NCBI RefSeq assembly: GCF_009914755.1
Contig: NC_060936.1
Reading direction: 5' to 3' (one strand)
From: the human T2T-CHM13v2.0 reference genome, Homo sapiens
DNA: 64,000 nt
Position numbers and translations under genes: made by a program. Under the pieces are notes generated by a model that did not search any database, was not told the DNA's origin, and was given only the letters and a program-made list of their open reading frames with translations. Below are positions 14,390 through 28,850 of the stretch, piece after piece; the first letter of the stretch is position 1; each line of letters begins with the position of its first letter.

Positions 14390-14750
14390 ACTGAACATAT
14401 GGACACAAATCTGTAGATTACACTTCCCTGAGTCCCTTGCAGCTTGCTATGGCTATGTAACTAAATTCCGGCTAATGAGATGTTTACTGAGGTCATGCAT
14501 ACACCTTCCTGCATACCTCAAACAGAAGCTGTTTGCTGTCCACTTCTTTTCTTTATCTATAAACTAAAATGTGAATGTTGTGATGCTGAACCATGTGGAA
14601 AAGGGTTATTCCCTAAAACATAATAGAGCTGCTAGAAAGACAACATGGGTCTCTGGATAAACTCATAGATCAGAACTATCCCACCTACCTGGTCTGCCTG
14701 CCAGGACAAATTTTTGTAGGAAAATGAAGTAAAGCCACTGAACTAATATC
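14390..14750 (+). mobile_element. Old MaLR LTR (MLT1I/J-like)
   Basis: 'tagattacacttccctgagtcccttgcag...ggctatgtaactaaattccggctaatgagatg'. Confidence 0.6.
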
Positions 14751-14786
14751 CCATCTCAGTCATTTTTTTCCTCTTTATTCTGGATA

Positions 14787-14809
14787 TGTGTGTGTGTGTG
14801 TGTGTGTGT
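14787..14809 (+). repeat. (TG)11 microsatellite
   Basis: Directly visible. Confidence 0.95.
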
Positions 14810-15498
14810 TAAAAGTGTCCAATACATCATTGACCATTTGAACAGCATTACTACAACTCAGATGACTTATATTACTTAAAATTAAGGGAAAAAATCTTAG
14901 AAATGTGCAACTGCAACATTTTCTTCTGTAGTTGCAGCATATGCTTCATTTGTGAAGTTATACAGACTATTTAAAAACTATTATTATATCCAGTGTAATT
15001 GTGTCAGCATTGGTTTAGTTAATTAAAGTTAAGGAGGATAAAACATTCTATGAAACATTATCCATATGGTCTGCAACTACCCTTTGTTTTAATGGTGTAA
15101 GAACACCCATAGAGAGCAAGTAAAAGAAATTATTAGTGGATTACCAACTTTGTGATAAATCCAACAGAACCTGGCTATTGTGTGCTTCTGGGCTCCCCCT
15201 TTTGGTAACTGGCTGCTTGTGTTCACATGCGGGCCAGGTATAGAGCTTCGCTTCTCTCCTCCTGTGGAGCCAGGATACTGGTTGGTACTCTTATTTGAGT
15301 TTAAAATTTCTTTCTTAGAACCAGATAAAACTACTAGTCGTTCAAAACCAAAGTGCCTATGCTGTCCTGAAACATTAATACCCTCTTCTTGGCCTGACTA
15401 CTTCCCTATAAATGTCACCATGTTTTTGGATTTCAAAACATGAATTAAGTAACTGTCTGCCGCTGGATTCTGATTCTGTGATTATTCCTGATTGCCAC

Positions 15499-15997
15499 TG
15501 TATTAATTTCCTATCATTGCCATAATGAATTACCTCAACCTGATTGGCTTAATTAATACAGATATAACTTATAGCTCTGTAGGTCAGAAATCTGACATGG
15601 TCTTACTAGGCTAAAATCAAAGTATCACTGGGGCCATGTTCCTTTCTGGAGGTTCTGGAGGGGGAATCTAGTGTTTTTTTTCCTCATTCCAGCTTCTACA
15701 GGTTATCGTGTTTCTTGTCTTGTGGCCCCATTCTTCCATCTCCAAAGCCAGAATAGCCATGCTATGTTCTGCTCACACTGCATTATTCTGACGTCCTCTC
15801 CTGTCTTTTTCTCCCACTTTTAAGGTCCCTTGTGATTGCTTTGGGTCCAGAAATCCAGGATCAGCTTCTATGTCAAGGTCAGCTGATTAGTAACCACAGT
15901 TCCATCTGCAGTCCTTTGCCATGTAAAGCAACACATTCGCAGTTCCCAGGAACTAGGATGTGGACATCTTTGTGGGGCCATTATTTAGCCTATCACA
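15499..15997 (-). mobile_element. MaLR solo LTR (MLT1D-like)
   Basis: TG...CA ends, ~500 bp, 'ggatgtggacatctttgtggggccatta'. Perfect TSD gccac at 15494-15498 and 15998-16002. Confidence 0.9.
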
Positions 15998-17851
15998 GCC
16001 ACTTTTGAGCTAAGTAGATTAATTTTGGGGTTTCTGATTCTATAATAGCTAGATCGCTTTTTTAACTTGACCTTTCCCAGCACAGGGCAGAGGTTTAAGA
16101 GAGTGAACAACTGGGAATAAAAGCACATGAGAGGGTTAAAAATGAATCATCTTAAGAAAGCCATAGAACACATTTACTGCAAATTTCTCACTATGTCGAA
16201 AGGTCTGGGACCCTATGGGGAGGGGTAGGAGTTATCTTTGTGTCTCCATTTGAGCACATTAATACATCTCACTGAATTGCAAGGAGGTAAGATAAAGGGC
16301 ATTCCAGAATAGTCTCTTCCAACAAAATTATCACAACAGGGGCCAGGTTCACTAGAGATACTATGAAGTCACCGTGCCATTCACAACCAATATTATCAAT
16401 GTGGTAAGACCAACTGTCTTTCTGTCTTGAGTTTTTATGGCTTTTTTTTTTTTTTTTGTCTAAAACTGGGCTTATCTCGGAGATAAAACAGCCCTGCAAC
16501 CAAGTTCTTCTGCACTGTCAGTAACTAAGTCTTGAGTTGGTCCAGGAGAATTTCCTGCACTAAACCTTTTCCCTGCCCCAGAAAAGCCATATGGTCAGAA
16601 ATTCCATTCCAGCTCATACTACTATTAGAGGCATTAGAATCAGACTCCACTCTACCCTTACCCCCCCAACAAAAAAATTGCAAAGCATAAATAGCAACAG
16701 CCAGCTTTATCCTGAATCACCTGTGAATCAGCAAGAAAGTAAAATACAGCTTCTCGGTATGCTAAATGAAAAGATTTGATTTTAAATTTATCAGTGTAGT
16801 GTGGGCACTCCAATTTCCCAAAGAGGTGTTGCATAGTTTTCCACATTTCTTATTTTTTTTCATTTGCATTACAGACCGGAAATCCTGCACTTCTCAGCTT
16901 GTTCTCTCAACTCTGTTGAGTGATTTTCCAGAAATGAATGGTTACTATTTCTAGAACTTAAGTCTCACAACCTGACTCCCTCTGAGTTCCAGAGTCCATA
17001 AAAAATAGCTGAAAACTGATGTGATTGCACACAATATGTTTAATATTGTAAAGTAAGAAAACTTTTTTCATAGGAATTGAAAATAACTTACAGAACAAAA
17101 GTAAACATTAAGTCTGACTTTACCTAGTAGAATAATACTTTTAAAAATATTCAATGTCTCAAATATTTTATTTAAGCTGAATAAAAGTAAAGACATTTTC
17201 CTAAATCTAATAGAGATTTCTAATACAAAATGCAATAGCCTTTATTTTTTCATTTAATTTCTCATGGTATTAGTTTTCACTGTAAATTCAAAACCCAATT
17301 ATTATTTTCATAATGAGAATATATGAATGGGCACATGGTACTTAGAAAACAATTTACTAATACCTTGTGGATAAGCCTTCCCATTGTTATCTCCATGGTG
17401 GTCTATTAGCATTGTCAATTTCCTTTAGGTAATATCAGCACCAGGTCCCATATCTTCAAATTTAATTTTACAAAAGATTTTTTCAAATAACAATGTTAAT
17501 ATATTCCCTGAAGTAATTTACAGCCATATTTCCTCTTAAAAAGCCCTACAAAGCAATTCCTATGGAAACAAAAATGTACGTATGCCCAACTGCTATGACT
17601 TTTTATGCATGACTTGTGAATTTTGTTTTTTAGATTACTATATTTTACCTTTTCCCTATAATTCTCTGTAAGCAACACAACAGATTATAATGAGTATAAT
17701 CAGATCTGTAGAATTATTGAATTCCTCAAATACTGTTCTTTTGGAACTGTTTGTTTAGTGACATCCCAAATACCTGCTCTATGCTTCATCTTGGGTTGTT
17801 CCCAGCATAAAGATGAGCTGTTAGATACTTAGTACATTTATTTATGACATG

Positions 17852-18320
17852 CATGTTGGTTTCCTGTGGCTGCTGTAAGAAGTTACCACAAAATAGGTGG
17901 CTTAAAACAAAGGAAATTTATTCTCACACAGTTTTGGAGGCCAGAGTCTGAAATCAAAATGTTGCAGGGCTGCGCTTCCTCCCCCCAAAAATGGAGAATC
18001 TGTTCTTTGCCTCTTCCAACTTCTGGCAGCTGTTGGCATTGTTTGACTTGTGACCATTTCACTCTAACCTTTGCCTCTGTGGTCACATTGCCTCCTTCTT
18101 GTGTCTTGTCTTCTGTCTGTTCAAATCTACCTCTGTATTTCTCTTAGAAACACACTTGTCATTGGATTGAGAGCTTTCCAGGATTGCTCAGTGTGACCTC
18201 TTCATGTCAAGAGTCTTAATCACATCTGCAAAGATTCATCTTCCAAAATAAGATAATAGTCACAGATTCCAGAGATTTGGCATGGATATCTTTTGGGACA
18301 CCATTTTTTGGCCTACCACA
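17852..18320 (-). mobile_element. MaLR solo LTR (MLT1C-like)
   Basis: 'ggctgctgtaagaagttaccacaaaataggtggcttaaaacaaaggaaatttattctcacacag' ... 'taatcacatctgcaaag' ... 'cctaccaca'. Confidence 0.88.
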
Positions 18321-18933
18321 GCAAGACATTTAAAACTGTTTTGCTTGAAATCTAGTTCTTCTGCCTTATAACACCATTGTTCTCTCAGCATATTTAATTT
18401 GAAGAGCTAGAAATAATTCTAGAACATTTTGTGCAGATAGGCACTACTTAGATATCTTAAGAAGCTTGTTCTAATCAAGTTTGGAAAAGTATTTTACTCC
18501 AGGAGTTGAAATAAATCACCCACAAAATGAAAAAACAAAGACATACTTGTACAAAAAAGTGACAAGTGACAATTGTCTGTCTTTGTATAATTGACTTTGT
18601 CACACTGAGAACAGAGGCTGGCAAAGAGCAGCCACTGAAAAAAGGATGTGTTGATTTGTTAAAATAATGAATAGAAGGAATAAACTAGACTTTGACTTCT
18701 GCGGTCTCACCACTGTTAGTCTTTATGCTCTCTGGTTATGGTTCCTCTTATCCCAGAAATGTCGATTGCAAATTAAACAGGCTACAAAAGTCTTTATGAA
18801 CTGAAAACATTTAAAAATGTTTAACTTTCTCATGAAATGTAAATGGCTAATATTTATCAAATATTTATTGTGTGCTAAGGCTCTCTGGATCTGAACATAA
18901 ACATCTTAAATTACAATATTAATATTACACAAC

Positions 18934-19930
<997 letters not shown>

Positions 19931-19944
19931 ATTATATATGTCTA

Positions 19945-20150
19945 ACATGTGATCTCACCTTCATCTGGAATCTAGTAATGTTGAACTCATACAAGCCGAG
20001 TAGAATAGTGGTTACTCCAGGGACTGGGAGGTAGGGAAAATGGGGAGATGTTGGTCAAGGGCACAATCTTGCAGTTATGGGATGAATAAGTTCTGGAGAC
20101 CTAATGTACAGTGTGATGATTGTGGTTAATATATACTATATTTGGACTTG
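19945..20150 (+). mobile_element. Old L1 3' UTR fragment (L1MA/MB-like)
   Basis: 'gagtagaatagtggttac..gggactggg...gagatgttggtcaaggg...gaataagttctggagacctaatgtacag'. Confidence 0.8.
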
Positions 20151-21959
20151 ACTTATATGATAGTTTTAGTTTGAATTTAAGGTTCATCATTTACAAAATT
20201 CCAATAGACTTCAGCTGGGTACTATGGAAAGAGTGCCCAATTTACAGAAAGTAAAAAAGTCAATACAATTTTTACATATGATATATGTCTAGCATTGCAC
20301 TAGATATCATATGAAAATACCAATATAGTATAAGTCATGTTTCATGCTCTCAAGGAATTAGAATTTGGTTGAGGGTAAGACCAAAACAACAATAACAAAA
20401 ATAATAATCAATACATAGGATGTAAAAGTCTCAGGTATATTTTGTAAATACATAAAAAGAATGTATAAGGAAGGATTTATGTGGGCTGTTAGAATCAAAC
20501 AAAGTTTCCAAAAGGAGACTGGCTTTGAACTGGACATGGAAAAAGGAAGATTTGGAAAGTTAGGGAAGACAGTTGGAGCTAATTCTAAAGACTGTGAATG
20601 CAGATCTTATGGGCTGCAGATGTTCACTTCCTTCTAGGAAGGTTTCAGTGGTGGGTGAGAGTTGACAGAATACAAAAGTGGAGGGAGAAAGAAGTTTATA
20701 GGTGTGCACAGGAAAATCTCCCTAAAACAAGAGAAAGTCATAAGTATAAAAAAGGGAACATATTAGGAAGGACTTATCTTGATTAGAAAAACAACCACCC
20801 CCCAAAAAAAGGACAGAAATAATACTGAACCATACTAGGGATTGCATTGGACAGAGCCTTAATGTATGTACATGATCTAAGAGTAAAGACTGAAAAGTTG
20901 GAGTCACAGTAGGACGCATTTAGAAAGGATTCCTTTATGAGCTTAGAGCAATAACATTTATAGTGCTTTTTTATATCCCTTTAGGATGACTCCTGTACGC
21001 TTCCAGAATTAATCCTATCTCTCTCTTTGCCTTCCTTTGCTTCTCCCAGCTCTCCGTATTTTTAAATTAACCTAAAAAGTCTATTATTTCCTTTAAGAAT
21101 GACCTCAACTGCATCATGAATCTTAAGTCTTCATTGGATAAAATGCCTAAGAAAGGAGAAGATCCAGCACCTAGTAGTTATATAAATGGTTGCATGAATG
21201 CAACCTAGGAAGTTAAAATTAGAAAATCCAGAAAGAAGGGAGGGCAATTCGCTAAATTGCTACATTTCTCTCTGTGAAGTCACTACCACTGATGTTTGGT
21301 GATCTAGTTTTTCTATAATCTTCTGGAATAAGATCATAAGCCTGCCTTTCCTGAACCTAAGTGCCCTGAATTTGGATTTATGACCAATTGTTTCAGAGTG
21401 TTAACATGAATCACAGTGCTTCAGTGGGACAAGAGAAGAAAAGCAATTTCAATACTGAAAAATAACAAAATGAAATAAAATATAGACCAAGAATGGAAAA
21501 TAAATGGATAGTTAAATACAAGTATATGTAACCCAACTAAGCAACAACTTAAGGATTATGGGATAATAATCACCAAATATTTGAAGAATCTAAATAACAA
21601 AGTAGAAAACAAATTAGTTGGCTTGAAGGATAGTGTTATGGTTAATTAACATGGAAAGAAATGAGCAAAGAAAACGCTTCCTTTCCACTAGCTACGGACC
21701 AGAAAAAAGCTTTAGGTTCATTCAAAGACTAGATTATGAGATTACATACAAAGAAAACTCATAGGAAGCTTTTTAGAGAGACCTGTAAAAATGTGGCTTA
21801 TGAGCATCTTGGAGGCAGACTGGCATCTCACCAGACATGGCCCAGAGGAAATGTGGAGCCCTGAACGTAGGTACCTGGCATGGGTAGGCACTTAAGACTC
21901 ACTTGTTTATTTTAAGAAATGGTTATATTAGTTACGAAGAAGAAAGCGTATATAGGCAT

Positions 21960-22328
21960 TGCTATTGTGTGAATGTTTGTGTCCTCTCAAAATTCTTGTT
22001 GAAATCCTAACCCCCAAGGTGATAGTGTTAGGAGGTGGGGCCTTTAGGGATTGATTAGATCATGAGGGCAGATCCCTCATGAATGGGACTAGTCCCCTTA
22101 AAAAAGAGGCCAGGAGAGAAGGGGCTTGTTTGCCCCCTTCCACCATTGAGGATGCAAAGGGAAAGCACCACTTATGAACCAGAGAGTGAGCCCTCACCAG
22201 ACGCCAAATCTGCTGGGTCCTTGATCATGAACTTCACAGCCTCTAGAAATCTAAGAAATCAAGTTTCATTGCTTAAAAGCTACTTGGTTTAGTGTATTTC
22301 ATCGTAGCAGCCTGAGTGGACTCAGATA
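21960..22328 (+). mobile_element. MaLR solo LTR (MLT1A0-like)
   Basis: 'tgctattgtgtgaatgtttgtgtcc...gagccctcaccagacgccaaatctgctgg'. TSD ggcat at 21955-21959 and 22329-22333. Confidence 0.92.
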
Positions 22329-22639
22329 GGCATCTGTCTTTCCTCAATCTATCCACAGCTTCCCCTGCTTGTCTCAGTGCAATATTTATCCGAACTGAAA
22401 TTGCTTATGGGTATCTGCCTCTTCCCTCCCTCTCATGCCACTGTGTAAACTCCTGGCATGGGGATCTTTCCTGGGGTGTCCAGGCACTGTACATCCTAGT
22501 GCCTGACATCTTGTGAAACTCAATGATGGAAGACTAACTTTCCTGCTTTGAAGGATGTGAAAAACAAACGCCTGACACGAGAACTTGGATGTTAAGCACA
22601 AAAGTTTTGACAAGAGACCTTGCTCTGCCACAGTTTATG

Positions 22640-22780
22640 CAGCTGTAACATCAATATAACAATGGTGCCTATATCACAGGAGTTGTGTGAGGCTTAAATG
22701 TAGTGCATGTAATGTGCTTAGCACTTTGCCTGGCTTGGAGTAGCTGGTCATTAATTGTTAGCTCATTACTATTTATTATC
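22640..22780 (+). mobile_element. MIR 3' half
   Basis: 'cctatatcacaggagttgtgtgaggcttaaatg...gtgcttagcactttgcctggc'. Confidence 0.7.
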
Positions 22781-23802
22781 GATGCACAAAATTTATGGTC
22801 AAACCACAAACATAATCAAAACATTTGGTCCAACATATCCTCTCTAAAAGCCAATAGAAATTATAATATGGTCAGTCTAGTTGGCTCTGATATTTCAGAT
22901 GACTGATAATATTTTTTCTGCTTGTATTATTGCAGGAAACTTGGAAATTTACATCTCAAAATATGAGGTTTTGGGGCTGTGGATGTATAATTGCCACCTC
23001 CTTCAATTTGCTTGGTGAGGTTAAATTTTGGAAAGACTGGGTGAGCCATACTCTTCCTCTCCATTCTCCACTTGAACCAAGTTTAAAAATTTTTTATTGT
23101 TCCTACTTCACCAAAATAAAAATGCCAATTAATGGGATTTGTCCATAATGAGCTTTGGATTTAATCCTCCTACAACCCTAATGCTTAGAGAGAGGGAATT
23201 TTTAAACTTCAAAATTTTGTGGCTCTAAGCACCAGATGGACACTTAGAGGTTCCAGAAAGACTCAACACAATAAAGAAATTTGGCTGTATTTTCACTTTT
23301 AAGAAGTATTTGTTCGACTTTTTGGTAAAGAACAGCTTAAAAATAGTTGTAACATATAATTTGTGTTACTTTTCATAAACATAATGATTTTCAGTGAAAA
23401 TAACTTGTAGTCAGTTGCTTTCGGGGTATCCCCTTCATCTTTTCCCTGAGATTCTGAAAACTATTTCATATGGGCATGATAATAATCTACTATTGCCTAA
23501 ACCTAAGTGTGTCCTGAGGGTCATTACTATAAATTACAAGAGATTCCCATCCACTCATATTACATATAATGGGAGGAATGTCATTAAAATTCACTTAGTT
23601 CTCAGATTGACTCAGTACAGGCCTAAACGAACTGTCAAACAACTCTAAAAATAAAATATAATGACTTGATGTGTAGACAATCGTACTAGCACTGAATAAT
23701 CTCCATTTGCAATAGTTATCCGGTTCTATGACCAATTTTTATTCTCATAGTATTATTCCCTTCGAATATTTCTATGTTCATCTGTGTTCACACAAATTAA
23801 TG

Positions 23803-24088
23803 GTTGTTTTTTTGAGATGGAGTCTTGCTCTGTCACCCAGGCTAAAGTGCAGTAGTGGATCTCGGCTCACTGTAGCCTCTGCCTCCTGTGTTCAAGAGAT
23901 TCTCCAGAGCAGTTGAAACTATAGGTGCATGCCACCATGCCCAGCTAATTTTTTAAATTATTTTATTTTTGGTAGTGACAGGGTTCTACCATCTTGGCCA
24001 GGCTGGTCTGAAACTCCTGACCTCAAGTGATCTGTCCGCCTTGGCCTCCCAAAGTGCTGGGATTAGACATGAGCAACCACATCCAGCC
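23803..24088 (-). mobile_element. Alu (older S-type, small internal deletion, short tail)
   Basis: 'tttgagatggagtcttgctctgtcaccc...ctcccaaagtgctgggatta'; degenerate TSD aaattaatg/agattaatg. Confidence 0.93.
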
Positions 24089-25503
24089 AGATTAATGAAT
24101 ATTAAATTGTAATGATCAGATTAGAGAATTATCTAATAATTTAAGAATGCAGATGTACTTTAAATGCCATTTGGTTATACTAAAAATGTTTTGAATAATT
24201 TAAAACAATCATTCACAATTTAGATGACTTATAGTTACACCAAAACACTGGGGTAGAATATGTGATAGATGCTTAGAGTTACAATTTGAATCTGGGAAAA
24301 TAACTTCTAATGATACTTTCTGTGTAGTATCACTCAACCAAACACAATTAACATATTAAATAACCTCTGTTGGGAATTATTAAAGTTTTCACAAATAATT
24401 TTTTAATATAGATAATTTCTGACTGCTTCATCTTGATGTAAGTTAAATAATTTTTTTATCTTGCCCACATCCCCAATCACCATTTATAATTTTTTGTTTA
24501 TGTGAAAATATGCCCTTTATTCAAAAAAATTGACTAATAGCAAACTTTGGGAATACAATTTAGCCTGGAGAAGAAAAGATGTAGGTAGAATTTATTAGCT
24601 GTTGAATTATTTGGATGACTATTATTTGGAAAACAATGTATTAGAAATGACTATTTCCAAAGGTAGATATTTGAACCATGGAAGTAGATATAAGAGATAA
24701 ATTTCTTAGCAAAAAAAAAAATTTTCCAACAGGCACAGCTGACCAGAAGTAGACTGGCTGCTTTGGATGAGAGTAGCTTTCCTGTTAAAGAGAGTTCTTA
24801 AGAATAGGCCAGATAGCCACTCAAGAAGAAAGGTTTGGAGGGAATCCAAGTCTGGAAAGAATGTTTAGACATAGCTGCTAACGTTTTGTCAGTTTGTAGT
24901 TGCCAAAAATAAGAGTGGAGATTGACAGTGGATTTTTTCAACTCAACTACCAGTTTCTTTCATTAACATAGCATGGCACTTCTTTCTGTAGTAACACATC
25001 ACCAAATTTGAGAAGAGGGACATCTGGTGGATGAAATAAGCAAAAGGAAAGGGGTTTTGTTTTTACATTATAATTTACAACATATTTTGACATTTCCATT
25101 GATTTTTCCATGAAAAGAAAATCTATCAGTCTACAAAAATATGTGGTTGACAATGGGCAAAAATTATTTGTGACCAAGTGATTTGGGTATGGTGATCGTT
25201 TCATCTGGCCCCTTACTATATGTTTAATAAATGCCTTTTTAGTCATTTTTCCTTAATTAATTCAAATTAGGATATTTGAGGATGAACTTGCTTGTCTTAA
25301 TAAAACATAAACATGTGACTTTCTTGGCCAAGTAAGAGCTGTTATTTTTAGCTAAATTACTCAGTAGACGGAATGACAAACAAAAACCAAAAGACATCCA
25401 ATTGCCTAAACTATAAATGCAATTGTTTTTAGTCTTTACAAAAATATTCATTTCAGTTTTTCTATTCTAATAAAATCAAAATTAATTTGAACTTAGACAT
25501 TTA

Positions 25504-25887
<384 letters not shown>

Positions 25888-26464
25888 TTAAAGCAAGGTT
25901 GCTTGAAATAATAAGCTGAATCCAACTCTACTAACTAAAATGACTACCTACCTCATTAGTGATGTTTTCCCATCACCGATTTCTATATCTAAATCACAAA
26001 TAAGTATTGGAAGCATCATTCTTGAAAGCAGAGCTATTATTTTATTCTTTATATCCTGAATACAATATATTGTAGGCACTTAAATATTTGGTGGATGAAT
26101 CTCTTCAAATCCATTGTGACCGGGAATAATTTCACCCTTCCTTGAAAACCCAGACCTCTCTCTGTGCCTCTCGACGCTTTTGGGGAATACGAAATTGATG
26201 TACCCTTCACTCTCGCATTTTACTCAGTGCCAGGCCCAATGCAGAAAACAGAAGCATTTTGCAAGTTCCTTTTCTTCTTCAGACCTAGCTATAAGGAAGA
26301 TGCTGTCCCTACATTGCTTTGCACACAATACAACCTCAGTACATCTTTTGTTGAATACATGAATGAGTTAATAAATTGCTAACTCTTCTGAGTGTTTCTC
26401 CTGTTTTTTTTTCCTCATTCTCTTCCCTTTTACTTCAGTCTCATATACTATGATTTCATAAATA

Positions 26465-26710
26465 AGCCAACATTTGTTGGGTATTCATTATATTTAGGTA
26501 TTGTTCTAAATATGTTATACATAAGTCATTTGATTTAATTCTCATGATAACCCTATGAGGTAAACTTAAAAAAATACTTATTTTTTAAAAAAGAAAACTA
26601 ACGTTAGGTAATTTGCCCAAAGTGACAGGGCTAGTAAGAGTCAAAGCCAGAATTTGGACCCAGTTAGTTTCTGATTTCAGAGATAGGTCTCTTAAATATT
26701 GCATTTATCC
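26465..26710 (-). mobile_element. MIR SINE
   Basis: 'ttaattctcatgataaccctatgaggta...aggtaatttgcccaaagtgacagggctagtaag'. Confidence 0.75.
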
Positions 26711-26884
26711 TGACTCTAATAATGACCCTCTGGTAAAATACCCAGACACACAGACAAAAATAAGTGAGAATGAGAGTCCATATTCCAATGTCTTCACAGA
26801 AGATAATGGAATATTCTAAAAGACAAACCAAGAGATGGGAAAAGTGTCCAAAGTCCTATATGGAAAAATCAGAAAAACGTTTTG

Positions 26885-27130
26885 GGTAGAGGTTAAGAGC
26901 ACAGCCTAGGGAAGGAGTCTGGGTTCATATCCTGACCCCATTACTTACTAGATATGGCACTTTCTTACTAGATATGGCAACCTCTTTCACTGCCTATCTC
27001 TCCTTGTTTCTGCAATCTGAAAACAGAGAGAATAAGAGAATCCACTCTGTAGGTGTTTTGTGAAGGTTAAAGAAGTTAACATGTATAAGGCATTTATGAA
27101 AATGAATGGCACACAATACTTGCTAGTATT
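26885..27130 (+). mobile_element. MIR SINE with internal 20-bp tandem duplication
   Basis: 'ggttaagagcacagcc...tctgggttcatatcctgacc', 'gttttgtgaaggttaaa'. Confidence 0.75.
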
Positions 27131-28109
27131 TCTATCATCACAGTTCATCATATTGAAGACATACTCCATTATAAAATGATCTATTTTCTATATGACTCTA
27201 ATAAAAAATGCCTATTGTAAATGCAAGAAGCCATTGATGTTTAGATGTATCCTGATGTCAGAGATATTGAAATGTGAAAAGAAGTACACGCTGGAATTAT
27301 GTGCAGAATAGACAAGAAAGAAAAAGCCAGCTGGCAGAATTAAATGTTTTCATACATTAACAATTTCATTTTTTTCAATTCTCTTTTTTACTTTCTTTTC
27401 ATTATTTTTTCAAATATTTTGTATCTAATCATGAGGTTTCAGTACCATGGTTCTGGGAAAACTACTCATGTTTAGGCTTTAAAGTTAGCTGTGGTACTAA
27501 ATCCTTCGATGAAAGACAGAATGCCCTGGAAGGAAGGCAGACAGTGTATGAGTGCATGAGTGGGTGAAGGGAAGGGAGCTGAAGGGTGTGCAGGAAATGA
27601 AATTTACCTGATGAGACCAGATGCTTTAAAAATTTTTTTCAAGTCAAAATCCAAAGTCACTTGGCAAATACGAGAACTAGGAAGATGTAAAGGGTTGGAA
27701 AAATGAATCAGGGACAAATCAATTATTCAAATTATTCATTCAACAATTGTTAAATTAAACACCAATGTCAACTCAACTGGCTTTGCATGCTATATGAAAG
27801 AAATTAAAAAATAAGAAAAGATTACAAAAGAAAAATATCTAAGAGAAAATTGACATTAAATTGCATTACAAATGGCATAGTTAACTGCAACTATGACCTA
27901 GTTTCTGCAGTGGTAGCATGCTGTTTTCCTGATTAATACTGTATTACTTCTTTTTATACCCTGATTATTATCAAAGTAATCAGCACTGAGAAAACAGCAA
28001 TCGAATCCCTTCTCAGGAGAGGCTGATTCTCTACTGATGTTAAGCTAAGCCCCTTCATGGAGCTTAAATCAGCCCCTGAGGAGCCACCAGATGGATTGTG
28101 AGAATTTAG

Positions 28110-28850
28110 AAGAGGCAGTATTAGTGTGGAATAGTGGAATAGACAACAGAAAAGGAGTTCAAGTAATTGAGTTCAAGGATCAGCTTTGTAACAAACTAGC
28201 AGTGTGACATTGTGCAAATTATTTACTTTTTTTGGACTTCTACATACTTGCTCATATTGAGGACTTTACATTTTCTCCCCCCTTCTATTCTTTAATTTTC
28301 TGATATTGCGTTTAACATGATGAGACAGGCAGGAAAGGAGCTGCTGTCAGACACTGGGCTTGGTGTGCATGCCTTATGATTTACGGGCAGGATCTTGGGG
28401 CTTTCAAAAGAAGTTCTGTCCTCATGGGAGATTACCGTGGCAAATTTCTATCTTATGTTCCTTACAATAATCATGACTACCGTTCACGGGCCAGGGGCCG
28501 CTACACTTTATCTCATTTATTCCTCACTACAATCCTCTGAGGCAAGTGTTAGGACTTTTATTTTATGGAGGAGAAACAGGAACACAAAAGAGATTATCAT
28601 TATAATAATGAGGAGAATAATTATTTGTGTTTACTCTGTGCAATTACTGTGCTAAGGGCTTCTCATATATTAATTCTCTCCATCCTTACATCCACACTTT
28701 AAGAAAGGTTCTGCTATAATTACCAGCCTTACGGCATCTAATAATTAAATAATCTGTTCATGTCATCACATGGCTGGTAGTGGGAAAACAGGATTCAAAT
28801 GTAAACAGCTAGATTGCAGAATCCAGTACTTGACCATTACACATTCTGCA
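28110..28850. mobile_element. Cluster of MIR fragments (one +, two -)
   Basis: Plus piece ~28110-28250 ('gaggcagtattagtgtggaatagtggaatag...actagcagtgtgac'); minus pieces ~28450-28590 and ~28620-28850. Confidence 0.55.
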
